Shown here piece by piece: positions 42,259 to 52,476 of a stretch of 64,000 nt of DNA. Below the pieces are notes generated by a model that had not been told where the DNA came from, made no database searches, and was given only the letters and a program-made list of their open reading frames with translations. Each line of letters opens with the position of its first letter. The first letter of the stretch is position 1. The stretch lies in the NCBI GenBank assembly GCA_965206595.1, contig OZ242214.1:5632001-5696000 (forward strand). Direction: 5' to 3'. Made by a program: the position numbers and the translations under genes. Source of the stretch: Candidatus Latescibacterota bacterium (GTDB taxonomy: Bacteria; Latescibacterota; UBA2968; UBA8231).

Positions 42259-45200
42259 CTAAAACGTCCGGCGAGAGGATTCGTCAAGCAATCGGTCCCG
42301 CGTTTTCCTGATTTCTTTAATCACCGAGTCAATCTCCTCGTGGCATCGCCACGCCGGTATCCGCAGGACTGTCCAACCGAGGTTGGACAGGACGCGGTCT
42401 CGTGTAATGTCTTGGCGCCGTTGTCGGCCTCTAGCGTCAAGGTGCTGATCGCCGTCAACTTCGATGTTCAGCTTGATCCCCTGTTCCAGTAGGGCGAAGT
42501 CCAGCTCGTACCCCTCCACCTCGGGTTTGGCGTAGGGCAACAGGTCCCGGAGTTGCATGGCGTTAAGCAGGAGTTTCTCAGACGTGCTGTCCGTGCGGAA
42601 CTCGGCGGACGGCGAACCCGTGCCCTCATTCCGGGCGACCTCATCGCGCAGATAGACCCGCAGGGAGGCCAAGGTTGGACTCCCCAAATCTCCCATGAGC
42701 GGGTGACCGAGAACGATTAGCACTCGACGGGCGCGGCTGACAGCCACGTTAAGGAGGTTTCTCTCTTTTTCTATCCAGCGGGCGCCGCTCTTGGACATGC
42801 CGGGCGAGAGCACGGAAGAAAGAACGATCCCATCACGCTCGTCTCCCTGCAGGCGGTGCGCGGTTCCGCTTACAAAATCGATGTCGTCCAGGAGATCCTG
42901 GCCGAATTGCGTTTTGGCTATCTGACCGATGAGCCGCGCCTGCGCGGTGAATGGAGTTACCACGCCGACGGTCTTGTAACCGGATTCGATTACGCCACGA
43001 AGTTGTTTCACAGTTTCCTCTGCCTCTGCCTGGTTTAGCCAGCTTCCAGTGGCGGGCCGTACTGCCGCGCCGTCGACATCGCACCAGTAGATGGCACGAT
43101 CACGCTGGGATGTATCAGAGACATCCGTCAATACGGTGAGTTCACCCTTGTAGAACGTCTTGTTGAACCAACTGGCGATGTGTGGGTGGCAGCGGTAGTG
43201 CTCGTTGAGAAGAACTGGTGATTGGGGTCTTGCGGTAAACTCGAACGCCGAGTAAGCCGAACCATCCTTGTGGTGGATGCCCCGGTGGCGTAGATCGTCG
43301 TTGTCGAACCCCGTCTGGGTGGCGATCTCCTGTAAGCGTCCATCGCTGAGGGAAACGATCGGATTCAGTTGGTATGGATCCCCCACGACCGCCAAACGTT
43401 TTGCACGGTAGGCCAACGGCAGCAGGGCCGCGAGGCTGCACTGGCTGGCCTCGTCGACGATCACGAGGTCAAACAGTCCTGATTCCAAGGGGAAGTTGGA
43501 ATGCGCTGTTAATGCCGTGCACGCCCAGCCTCGTAAGTGGTGAAGCGAATTGCCAATTGCTCTTTTAAAGCGGTCGCCGTTGGCGGGGATTGTGCCGAAA
43601 GCTGCTAGACGGTCAGCACCGGAGGAGACTCGTGTTGCCGTGTCCACGCGAATTGCGTAGAGGCTTGCATCTGCCCATTTCTGGTCTGCTTCGCGCACAC
43701 TGGTCGACGGGTCGCCCACCGCGGATTTCAGTTGTTGACGTTCAACTCGTCCAATTTCCAACTGGGAGGTCAGCTTTGCTATGCGCCGATCAATCCGAGC
43801 CCAGGAGACGAGTTGCTCCAATGGAGCGGTTTCATGGCAACCGAGTCGGCGGCGGAAGCGAAGCGCGCGGAAGCGACGGAACAACCACGTCCTCAACAAC
43901 CGTTTGGTTCGTCGCTCTATTTCGTGGGAACTGATGGGCAGTTCAGGAGAACTCGCGTTAGTCCAGAGTATTCGCGCCGCCTCTTTCAAGGCTGGCGCGA
44001 GTTTCTTTTGCTCCTCTACAAGCTGCAACAGTTTTACATCCAGTTCGTCCAGCCGCGCCAATTTCTCCATTAGCTGGGTGCGCTCAGTGGCGACTCGCTT
44101 CAACTGGGCGCGCGCTGCGGCTTGGTTGCCGCGGTGCGCTGCCGCCTGAGTCGACGCCGCGGTAATGCGATCCGGAACCTGCTCGCGCACGTCGCGATTG
44201 CCGGTGCGGACTAACAAGCCGCTACTCACGTCCTTTTCCGCACGGTCGACGGCCACGTCAACCGCACCATTGTTGGTCGAGGTCACCAAGACTTTGTCGC
44301 CGTCCAGCCACGCGTTCGTGACCGCGTTGACTACGAGTTGCGTCTTGCCGGTCCCGGGTGGACCGGTCACGACCGTCAGAGGTTCTCTGCGGAGACGCTC
44401 GAGTGCTTCCTCCTGTGATTGGTTGCATACAAGTGGAGCCGCAAGAGGCCCGGACGGGGGTCGCTTGTTTTCCTTCTGCGCGAAACCGTTGAGGAGAAGA
44501 TGTGCCGCAGCCGTAGTCGACCAGTCTTCTCGGGTCTGCAGTTGTCGCAGTTCCTCGCGAAGGGTGCTGGTGTATCCAGACCACTCTGCCACAACCGAAA
44601 TCGCGGCGTTGTAGACGCCCTTTTTGCGACCGATGTTCGATTCGAGGATTCGAGCGTTGAGAGGCGACAAGATCTGGAGTCCGAGCAGGTCGGCCGTTCG
44701 TTCGGCGAGGGCACCAAAAGCGTCGGTATCTCCGAATGGCAAGCCGTGACTTAACAGCTCGCTGATGTCTTCGGCGATCGAAGGGTCGAAGATACCGCTT
44801 GCCGTGATGGCCAAGTTGAACTCTGGCTCCATAGTAGCGTGAAGTATCCACTGGTAGTTGGGGCCTCGTTCCGGTTCGATCTGGACAGCGAAAAGAGGAG
44901 CAACCTTGGGTGTGTGATCGCGGTCGGTTACGACGATAGTCGGCCAGCCGTAGATGATCGACCGTGTGCGAGACCTCAGTTTATCGGGGAGCTCTCCGGG
45001 CGCCGGCGTCGAGTCGCTTTGCCCGACCACAAGTTTCTCTTCCCCAAGGTGTAGAAACCACTGAGAATTCTCTTTTACGTACGGGACCAGTGATTTCGCT
45101 GCTTCCGCTTCAATGCACCGTTGCGCATAATCGCATAGTTGCTGCCAGGAAGTTTGCGTGCTGTTGGCAACCGGCTGTGACGCGCTCGGACTGCGCGGTG

Positions 45201-45414
45201 CTTTCGTTGCCCTATCCCGCGAACCGCCCTCTGTGTTATCCGTTGAGACTTGGACCGAGGGACCCGCACCACCTGTGCAGTCTATACACCAGACCCCTTT
45301 TGACGATGGTGACCAGTGGGCGCGCTCACCCGCTTTCAGGCTCGTCGCGCACGATCGGCAGCGTCCATCGTACTTCAGTGAGATGAAACGTAGATCTTTG
45401 GGTAGTTCCATCAC
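42259..45414 (-). CDS. Superfamily 1 (Upf1/DNA2-like) helicase with N-terminal Zn ribbon and C-terminal DUF559/Vsr-like endonuclease
   Basis: CRSC..WCIDC; GPPGTGKT; IVDEASQ; GDPYQL; HYRC; GVVTPF; LQGDERD; LNVAVSRAR; YELDFAL..IEVDGDQH..RD..L..LGWTVLRI. Confidence 0.9.
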   Translation of the reverse strand: MMELPKDLRFISLKYDGRCRSCATSLKAGERAHWSPSSKGVWCIDCTGGAGPSVQVSTDNTEGGSRDRATKAPRSPSASQPVANSTQTSWQQLCDYAQRCIEAEAAKSLVPYVKENSQWFLHLGEEKLVVGQSDSTPAPGELPDKLRSRTRSIIYGWPTIVVTDRDHTPKVAPLFAVQIEPERGPNYQWILHATMEPEFNLAITASGIFDPSIAEDISELLSHGLPFGDTDAFGALAERTADLLGLQILSPLNARILESNIGRKKGVYNAAISVVAEWSGYTSTLREELRQLQTREDWSTTAAAHLLLNGFAQKENKRPPSGPLAAPLVCNQSQEEALERLRREPLTVVTGPPGTGKTQLVVNAVTNAWLDGDKVLVTSTNNGAVDVAVDRAEKDVSSGLLVRTGNRDVREQVPDRITAASTQAAAHRGNQAAARAQLKRVATERTQLMEKLARLDELDVKLLQLVEEQKKLAPALKEAARILWTNASSPELPISSHEIERRTKRLLRTWLFRRFRALRFRRRLGCHETAPLEQLVSWARIDRRIAKLTSQLEIGRVERQQLKSAVGDPSTSVREADQKWADASLYAIRVDTATRVSSGADRLAAFGTIPANGDRFKRAIGNSLHHLRGWACTALTAHSNFPLESGLFDLVIVDEASQCSLAALLPLAYRAKRLAVVGDPYQLNPIVSLSDGRLQEIATQTGFDNDDLRHRGIHHKDGSAYSAFEFTARPQSPVLLNEHYRCHPHIASWFNKTFYKGELTVLTDVSDTSQRDRAIYWCDVDGAAVRPATGSWLNQAEAEETVKQLRGVIESGYKTVGVVTPFTAQARLIGQIAKTQFGQDLLDDIDFVSGTAHRLQGDERDGIVLSSVLSPGMSKSGARWIEKERNLLNVAVSRARRVLIVLGHPLMGDLGSPTLASLRVYLRDEVARNEGTGSPSAEFRTDSTSEKLLLNAMQLRDLLPYAKPEVEGYELDFALLEQGIKLNIEVDGDQHLDARGRQRRQDITRDRVLSNLGWTVLRIPAWRCHEEIDSVIKEIRKTRDRLLDESSRRTF

Positions 45415-45427
45415 CGGTCCTCAGAGA

Positions 45428-45625
45428 GAGACTGTTTTAAAGTCCCTCATTCCATTCCTTGCGCGTAAAAAAAGCACCTAGCGCGAGAACATCTCGCCCT
45501 ATGAAAAGTCCCATTACACAGTGCAACAAAATGGTGGGCTCAGTGGACCATCGCCACAGGCATCCTGGCAAATCTCTGGTCTGGTCGTCCAAGACAATGT
45601 TTCGCCAACGCCTGCGGCGGCTCAA
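45428..45625 (-). mobile_element. Possible highly decayed IS5-type 3' end
   Basis: GAGACTGTTTTAAAG resembles IS5-type termini; frame-broken ETLSWTTR..RFAR resembles the transposase tail. Weak. Confidence 0.25.
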
Positions 45626-45779
45626 AACCAGTCCTCACAAGCCTCACCCATAATTTCCGCTGATTCACCGCAGCGGCCCTTTTCATGCCGGACTCCTTGA
45701 AGCCCTCCGGCGGCGCCGGTAGATTACCAACTCTCCCCAACGCCCCGGCCTCCGGCACACCCGTAACCCACTACGGCTC

Positions 45780-48700
45780 ATGAACATACTGCGCCTCCCC
45801 GGCCCGAACGCCCTGTCCGATTTTCGCCGGGAGGCGCTGCTGCAGCGCTGCCGGCAGGCCGAGCCCGCGGTCCGGGGGCTGGAGGCGCGCCATTTCTACC
45901 TGGTCCGCTGGGAAGGCGGCGACCTCGGCCGACTGGATGCCCTGGTCTTCGCCGCCGCCGCCGGCCCGGACCGCCCCGGCTCCGACCGCCCCAACACCCC
46001 CGCAGCCACTTCGATCTGCATCGCCCCGCGGCCCGGGACCATCTCCCCCTGGTCGACCAAGGCGACCGACATCCTGCGCAACTGCGGGCTCACCTCGGTG
46101 GCCCGCATCGAGCGCGGCACCGAGTACCGGATCCTCGCCGACGGCCCTTTCTCCGCCGCCTCCCTGCTGCCCCTGCTGCACGACCGCATGACCGAGGCGG
46201 TGCTGCATGAAGACGCCGCCCTGTTCTCCGAGGTCGCTCCCCGGCCGCTGCAACGGGTATCCCTCGCGGAAGGGGCCGCGGCCCTGGAGCGCGCCAACGG
46301 GGAGATGGGCCTGGCCCTGTCCGCGGACGAGATCCGCTACCTGTTCGACGCCTTCGCCGGCCTCCGGCGCGACCCGACCGACGTCGAGCTGGTGATGTTC
46401 GCCAACGTCAATTCCGAGCACTGCCGCCACAAGATCTTCAACGCGGACTGGACCATCGACGGCGCCCGGCGCGAGCGCTCCCTGTTCGCCATGATCCGCA
46501 ACACCCACGCGCGCTGCCCGCAGGGGACGGTGAAGGCGTACTCCGACAACGCCGGTGTCATCGAGGGCTGGCGGACGCCGTCGTTCCGCCCCGGCTCGGA
46601 GGGTCCCTTCGCCTACGGGTACCGCGACGAGCTCAACCACATCCTCTGCAAGGTGGAGACCCACAACCACCCGACGGCGATCTCTCCCTTCCCGGGGGCC
46701 TCGACCGGGGTCGGCGGCGAGATCCGCGACGAGGGGGCGACCGGCATCGGCGGCCAGTCCCAGGCGGGGCTCTGCGCCTTCTACACCTCCCACCTGCGCA
46801 TCCCGGGATTCGCGCAGCCCTGGGAGCGCGACTTCGCCGAGTTCCCGGAGCGCCTGGCGACGCCGCTGCAGATCATGACCGACGGCCCCCTCGGCGGCGC
46901 CGCCTTCGGCAACGAGTTCGGCCGCCCCAACATCCTCGGCCTCTTCCGCACTTTCGAGGAGACCGCGGCTGGCCGCTACTGCGGCTACCACAAGCCGATC
47001 ATGGTGGCCGGCGGGGTCGGCCTGATCGCCGCCGGGCAGGTCGAGAAGAAGCTGCCGCAACCGGGGGACCGGGTGGTGCAGCTCGGGGGGCCGGCGATGC
47101 TGATCGGGCTGGGCGGCGGCTACGCCTCGAGCATGGACAGCGGCAGCAACCTCGCCGACCTCGACTTCGCCTCGGTGCAGCGGGACAACCCGGAGATGCA
47201 GCGCCGCTGCCAGGAGCTGATCAGCCGCTGCATCTCCCTGGGCGGCGGCAACCCCATCGTCAGCATCCACGACGTCGGCGCCGGGGGGCTGTCGAACGCC
47301 TGCCCGGAGCTGGTTGAGGAACAGGGGGCCCGCTTCGACCTGCGCGCGATCCCCAACGACGACCCGGGCATGAGCCCGATGGAGATCTGGTGCAACGAGG
47401 CGCAGGAGCGCTTCGTGCTGGTGGTGCGGGCGGAGGACCTCGCGCGCTTCGAGCGCCTCGCGCGCCGCGAGCGCTGCCTCTACGCCGTCATCGGCGAGAT
47501 CACCGGCGACGGCAACCTCTCCGTATCCGACCCGCTGCTCGGCGGCGACCCGGTGGGAGAGCTGCCGCTCGAGGTCATCCTCGGCAAGCCGCCGCGCATG
47601 CACCGCGACGTGAGCCGGGGCCGGAGCAGGCCGGACCCCTTGGACCTTTCCGGGGTTACCATCGCCGAAGCCGTCCAGCGCCTGCTGCGCTTCCCCGCGG
47701 TAGCCGACAAGACCTTTCTCATTACAATAGGCGACCGCACCGTCACCGGGCTCGTCGCCCGCGACCAGATGGCCGGCCCCTGGCAGACGCCGATCGCCGA
47801 CGTCGCCGTGACCGCGGCCTCGTTCCGGGACTTCCGCGGCTCCGCCATGGCCATGGGGGAGCGCGCGCCGCTGGCGCTGATCCACCCGCCGGCCTCGGGG
47901 CGCATGGCGATCGCCGAGGCGGTCACCAACATCGCCGCGGCCCGGATCGGCGCCATCGAGAAGGTCAAGCTCTCGGCCAACTGGATGTGCGCCTGCGGCG
48001 AGGAAGGGGAGGACGCCGCCCTCTACGACACCGTCGAGGCGGTCGGCATGGAGTTCTGCCCGCGGCTCGGGGTCTCGATTCCGGTCGGCAAGGACTCCCT
48101 GTCGATGCGCGCGGCCTGGCGCGACAGCCGCGGCCGCGAGCACTCCATCGCCGCCCCTCTCAGCCTGGTGGTCTCGGCGTTCGCCCCGGTGGCCGACATC
48201 CGCGCCACGGTCACCCCGGACCTCAAGCCGGAAGCGGACAGCCGCCTGCTGCTGGTCGACCTGGGGCGCGGCCGCAACCGCCTCGGCGGCTCCTGCCTGG
48301 CCCAGGTCTACAGCCAGGTCGGAGACGACGCCCCGGACGTCGAACCCGAGGACGTGCGCCGGCTGTTCGCCGCGGTGCAGGAGCTGATCGCCGAGGGGCT
48401 GCTGCTCGCCTACCATGACCGCTCCGACGGCGGCCTCTTCGTCGCCGCCGCGGAGATGGCCTTCGGCGCCCGCACCGGGCTGGAGCTGACCATCGACGGG
48501 CTCGGCGAGGATCCGCTGGCGGCGCTGTTCTCCGAGGAAATCGGCGCCCTGCTGCAGGTCCGCGGCGCCGATCTCGAGCGCGTGCTGAAGGTGCTGGCGG
48601 CGCACGGGCTGGAGGACTGCGCGCACACCGTCGGCCGTCCGGGCAGCGGGGGGCCCAGCCTCCAGGACAGCGGAGACACCAGCCCGGATAACAGCGGCAC

Positions 48701-49778
48701 CGGTCCGGACAGCAGCGGGGCCGGTCGCCAAAACAGCCGCGACAGGCCAGACCCCTGCGAGATCGCAGTCCGCCGTAACGGCGCCGAGATCTTCCGGGAA
48801 TCCGCGGCGGAGCTGAAGGCCGCCTGGTCCGAGCTGACCTTCCGCATGCAGGCCCTGCGCGACAACCCGGACTGCGCCGAAGAGGAGCGGGCCTTCAACG
48901 CCGACTTCACCGACCCGGGGCCGCGCTACGCAGTGGCTTTCGACCCGGCCTCGACGGCCCCGGACAAATCCGAACCGAAAACGCAGGGGATCGGCCTGAC
49001 GGCTCCGCGCGCCGCCATCCTCCGCGAGCAGGGCATAAACGGCCAGGTCGAGATGGCCGCGGCCTTCGACGCCGCCGGGTTCGAGGCGGTCGACGTCACC
49101 ATGACCGACCTCATCGACGGCCGCGCCGACCTCGCGGAATTCCAGGGGCTGGCCGCCTGCGGGGGCTTCAGCTACGGCGACGTGCTCGGAGCCGGCGCCG
49201 GGTGGGCGCGCTCGATCCTCTTCAACGAGCCGCTCCGCGGCATGTTTGCCGCCTTCTTCGAGCGCCCCGGCACGGTGACCCTCGGGGTCTGCAACGGCTG
49301 CCAGATGCTCGCCCATCTCGCCGCGCTGATTCCCGGCAGCGAGGGCTGGCCGCGCTTCGCCCGCAACCGCAGCGAGCAGTTCGAGGCGCGCCAGGTCACC
49401 GTCGAGGTCGAGCCGACGCGTTCGGTGCTGCTGTCCGCCATGGAGGGATCGCGCCTGCCGATCGCCGTCGCCCACGGCGAGGGCCGGGTCGAGTTCCCGG
49501 AGGGGGGTTTCGAACGGCTGTCGGCGAACCGCCAGCTCGGCCTGCGCTACGTCGACAACCGCGGGCAGGCCGCCGCCAGCTACCCGTTCAACCCGAACGG
49601 CTCGACCGCGGGAGTGGCCGCGGTGACCAGCGCCGACGGACGCGTCACCATCATGATGCCGCACCCGGAGCGGGTCTTCCGCAACGTGCAGCTTTCCTAC
49701 CGCCCCCGGGACTGGGACGCATCCGCCTTCAGCCCGTGGATCGAGCTGTTTCGCGGGGCGTATCGCTTTGTTGTGTGA
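45780..49778 (+). CDS. purL: Phosphoribosylformylglycinamidine synthase, large single-chain type
   Basis: PRPGTISPWSTKATDI, NSEHCRHKIFNA, KVETHNHPT, IWCNEAQER, IPVGKDSLSM, CGGFSYGD, LGVCNGCQ, MMPHPER. Confidence 0.98.
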   Translation: MNILRLPGPNALSDFRREALLQRCRQAEPAVRGLEARHFYLVRWEGGDLGRLDALVFAAAAGPDRPGSDRPNTPAATSICIAPRPGTISPWSTKATDILRNCGLTSVARIERGTEYRILADGPFSAASLLPLLHDRMTEAVLHEDAALFSEVAPRPLQRVSLAEGAAALERANGEMGLALSADEIRYLFDAFAGLRRDPTDVELVMFANVNSEHCRHKIFNADWTIDGARRERSLFAMIRNTHARCPQGTVKAYSDNAGVIEGWRTPSFRPGSEGPFAYGYRDELNHILCKVETHNHPTAISPFPGASTGVGGEIRDEGATGIGGQSQAGLCAFYTSHLRIPGFAQPWERDFAEFPERLATPLQIMTDGPLGGAAFGNEFGRPNILGLFRTFEETAAGRYCGYHKPIMVAGGVGLIAAGQVEKKLPQPGDRVVQLGGPAMLIGLGGGYASSMDSGSNLADLDFASVQRDNPEMQRRCQELISRCISLGGGNPIVSIHDVGAGGLSNACPELVEEQGARFDLRAIPNDDPGMSPMEIWCNEAQERFVLVVRAEDLARFERLARRERCLYAVIGEITGDGNLSVSDPLLGGDPVGELPLEVILGKPPRMHRDVSRGRSRPDPLDLSGVTIAEAVQRLLRFPAVADKTFLITIGDRTVTGLVARDQMAGPWQTPIADVAVTAASFRDFRGSAMAMGERAPLALIHPPASGRMAIAEAVTNIAAARIGAIEKVKLSANWMCACGEEGEDAALYDTVEAVGMEFCPRLGVSIPVGKDSLSMRAAWRDSRGREHSIAAPLSLVVSAFAPVADIRATVTPDLKPEADSRLLLVDLGRGRNRLGGSCLAQVYSQVGDDAPDVEPEDVRRLFAAVQELIAEGLLLAYHDRSDGGLFVAAAEMAFGARTGLELTIDGLGEDPLAALFSEEIGALLQVRGADLERVLKVLAAHGLEDCAHTVGRPGSGGPSLQDSGDTSPDNSGTGPDSSGAGRQNSRDRPDPCEIAVRRNGAEIFRESAAELKAAWSELTFRMQALRDNPDCAEEERAFNADFTDPGPRYAVAFDPASTAPDKSEPKTQGIGLTAPRAAILREQGINGQVEMAAAFDAAGFEAVDVTMTDLIDGRADLAEFQGLAACGGFSYGDVLGAGAGWARSILFNEPLRGMFAAFFERPGTVTLGVCNGCQMLAHLAALIPGSEGWPRFARNRSEQFEARQVTVEVEPTRSVLLSAMEGSRLPIAVAHGEGRVEFPEGGFERLSANRQLGLRYVDNRGQAAASYPFNPNGSTAGVAAVTSADGRVTIMMPHPERVFRNVQLSYRPRDWDASAFSPWIELFRGAYRFVV

Positions 49779-49852
49779 TTGAATTGTCCGGCGCCTTTCG
49801 GGGCGCCGTTTTCCGGGCGCCGAGCGCGGCGCCGAGCCTGGAGGGATTCGCT

Positions 49853-50590
49853 ATGACCGACGGACAGCAGATCGACATGACCCCGCTCGACTACGGGCGC
49901 TCGTTCCTGATCGGGAAGGGGGCCGCCAACGAGGTGCGCTTCTGGATCGAGTCGCGCACCCGCATCGTCGACGACGTGGAAGGTGTCTGCGAGGATTTCT
50001 ACCAGACCGCCTCCTGCAAGAGCGAGAACACCTTCGGCGAGAAGGACCTGTTCCTGCGGGACAACTACGACTTCCTGCCGATCTTCAGCGCCCGCCACGG
50101 CCTGATCTTCCGGCGCCACGCCTACCTCAGCGACCGCTACCGGGACACGCGGCCCTACGAGGAGATGTTCGGCGGCTACGACCTGCACCTGGTGGAAGGG
50201 CCGTCGGTTCGCGAGCTGCCCTCGAACTCCGCGGTCCGCGAGGAGACCTACCGTTTCGCCCCGCTGGTGTCGCAGACCGGGATCGGCAACGGCGACACCG
50301 GCCTGCGGGCCCTGATCGAGTGCCCGGTGAAGACGATGAACACCCGCCGCGAGGACGACATCTACCAGGTCGACACCGGTCCGCTCGCCTTCCCCGACCT
50401 GTCGCAGCGGCGCGAGCGGCTCGTCGACTGCCTGGCGCTCGCCTTCGTCGCCTTCAACACCCCCCACTTCGCCGACTTCGTGATCGAGGCGCCGACCGTG
50501 ATCGACGCGGGGCACCCCGACCTTCAGGTCCGGCATTTCTCGGAGATCGTCAGCCTGCCGGCGCGCAACCGGCTGTTCGCGGTCGAGTAG
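49853..50590 (+). CDS. Hypothetical protein (about 245 aa)
   Basis: 3' part of ORF 49202-50590 from MTDGQQ; GGAGG RBS; strong host codon bias. Confidence 0.75.
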   Translation: MTDGQQIDMTPLDYGRSFLIGKGAANEVRFWIESRTRIVDDVEGVCEDFYQTASCKSENTFGEKDLFLRDNYDFLPIFSARHGLIFRRHAYLSDRYRDTRPYEEMFGGYDLHLVEGPSVRELPSNSAVREETYRFAPLVSQTGIGNGDTGLRALIECPVKTMNTRREDDIYQVDTGPLAFPDLSQRRERLVDCLALAFVAFNTPHFADFVIEAPTVIDAGHPDLQVRHFSEIVSLPARNRLFAVE

Positions 50591-50631
50591 GGCTCAGCGG
50601 TCCCAGCCAAGGTCAGCGCCCGGCCAGATCC

Positions 50632-51459
50632 TCAGCGGTCCGGCCATTCGTAGGCCGCCTTCGCGTTCTTCCAGAAGAACTTCTCCGCGGCTTCGGCCCC
50701 CTTCCCGTCGAAGTACTCGCGCACGATGCCGAAGCCGGTCGCGTAGGTCGCGGCCCGCTCGCACACCGGCCAGTTGCTGCCGTAGAACAGCCGCGCCTCG
50801 CCGAAGGCGTTCCACATCGCCTCGAGGGTCGGCCGGTAGTAGTCGAGTTCGGCTGGGGCGGGTTGCACGGCGCTGCTCTCCGTATACGCCGACACCTTCA
50901 TGTAAACCTTGGGATTGGCGCCAGCCGCCTGAATGAAGTCGACCCATTCCTGATCGGGGGGGCCGCCGTCGATCGCCACGTGGGCGACGTGCTCGATCAC
51001 CAGGGTGAGGTCCGGCAGCTCGCGGGCGAGCCGCAGGAAGCCGGCGCGCGCCTCGCCGTCACCCGGCATGCAGTCGAGCACGAGGTTCTTCTCGGCCAGC
51101 AGCTTCGTCTCGTCGAGGAAGCCGCCGTCGAGGTCGCCCCAGGCGCGGATGCCGCGGAAGACCGGATGGGCCGAGAAGCGCTCGACCTGGTCCGCGAATT
51201 GGGGGGTGCCGCTTTCGAGCCTGCCCACGTAGCCGACGATGACGGGGTCGCGGTCGGCCATGTCGAGGATCCACTGGTTGTCCTCGACGGTGCAGGCCGC
51301 CTCGACCACCACGGTCCCGGTCACCCCGTGCGGGGACGCCTCCGCCATGAAGTGCTCGGGCAGCACGGTGCGGTAGAGCAGCTCGTTGTCCGGCGGCGGC
51401 CAGGGCACGCCTTCGGGCCGGGTGGGATCGTAGAAGTGGGTGTGGGTGTCGATGATCAT
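50632..51459 (-). CDS. Amidohydrolase_2 family (L-fuconolactonase-like)
   Basis: IDTHTHF, FRGIR, VIEH, MKVS, YGSNWPV. Confidence 0.9.
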   Translation of the reverse strand: MIIDTHTHFYDPTRPEGVPWPPPDNELLYRTVLPEHFMAEASPHGVTGTVVVEAACTVEDNQWILDMADRDPVIVGYVGRLESGTPQFADQVERFSAHPVFRGIRAWGDLDGGFLDETKLLAEKNLVLDCMPGDGEARAGFLRLARELPDLTLVIEHVAHVAIDGGPPDQEWVDFIQAAGANPKVYMKVSAYTESSAVQPAPAELDYYRPTLEAMWNAFGEARLFYGSNWPVCERAATYATGFGIVREYFDGKGAEAAEKFFWKNAKAAYEWPDR

Positions 51460-51496
51460 GGCGGCTCCTCTGAGGTTATCGGGTGAAACGGGTTGG

Positions 51497-52288
51497 TTAT
51501 GCGAGGGCTTCCCGAACTACTTGCCCTGCCCAGTCCTCAGCCGGCGCCACTTCGAGCAGGGCGGCAATGGTCGCCGGGTTGTCGATGATGCTCACCGGCT
51601 CCCGCAGGCTCCGTCCGGGGGATACCGGAGGGCCGGCAATCACCCACGGGATGGTCATGTCCTCGTCCATTTCCGTGCCGTGGGTGCGCTCGTGCCCACC
51701 GTGGTCGCTGGTGACGATGACCACGGTCTCTTCCTGGTCGACCGCCTCCAGCACCGCGCCAATGGCCTCGTCGGCCCTCCCGATGGCAGCGAGATATTCG
51801 GCCGACATCCAGCCGTGATCGTGCCCGGCTATATCCGTGCAGCCGAGGTAGACAAAGGCGAAATCGGGAGTCCATTCCCGCAGCGTCGCCGCGGCCAGGC
51901 CGGCCAATTCCCGATCCCCGTCCGGATCGTTGCAGTTGTTCATGAAATAGGAGCGATCCAGCGAGCCAGGATCGGCCAGGTCGCGCAACGCCTCCCAGTT
52001 GTAGAAAAAGGCGGTGCTCTTGCCGGCCTGGTGCAGCACGTCGACCAGGCTGGGCACGGGCCTGACCTGGGGGACCCAGGTGTTGGTGGTGATGCCGTGC
52101 CGTTGCGGGGTAACGCCGCGAAACATGGAGGTGTGGCAGGGCAAGGTGGAGGAGGGCATTACAGTGCGGGCTGTATAGGTGCAGGCACCCTGGCTGATCA
52201 AGCGGTCGACCCGGGGGGTGGATGCCTGTTTCAAGCCGTCGGGGCGCAGTCCGTCGAGGACAAAGAGGATGACGCGTTGTGGAGACAT
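51497..52288 (-). CDS. Alkaline phosphatase superfamily (nucleotide pyrophosphatase/phosphodiesterase-like)
   Basis: LDGLRPD, PSSTLPCHTSMFRG (Thr nucleophile), DIAGH, TSDHGG. Confidence 0.88.
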   Translation of the reverse strand: MSPQRVILFVLDGLRPDGLKQASTPRVDRLISQGACTYTARTVMPSSTLPCHTSMFRGVTPQRHGITTNTWVPQVRPVPSLVDVLHQAGKSTAFFYNWEALRDLADPGSLDRSYFMNNCNDPDGDRELAGLAAATLREWTPDFAFVYLGCTDIAGHDHGWMSAEYLAAIGRADEAIGAVLEAVDQEETVVIVTSDHGGHERTHGTEMDEDMTIPWVIAGPPVSPGRSLREPVSIIDNPATIAALLEVAPAEDWAGQVVREALA

Positions 52289-52476
52289 GGGGATTCCCTT
52301 CTTTGGGAGGGATTATGCGAATGCCGTGATCTGGAGACCAGGCCCGTTCCCTCTGTGATCTGGATCGCAGGGCAGCAAGCCGACATCGCCGTGGAGACGG
52401 TAACGAAGTCACTGATATAGTCAGGTTATATATCCGACACAATTGGTTCGGGTACAAGCAGTGGTTTTGAGGCGGC

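Noticed and set aside
45771-49664. 1297-aa minus-strand ORF (and similar long antisense ORFs over suf, moxR, the sulfatase and the DUF6785 genes)
   Set aside because: Shadow ORFs expected from high GC3 codon bias opposite real genes.
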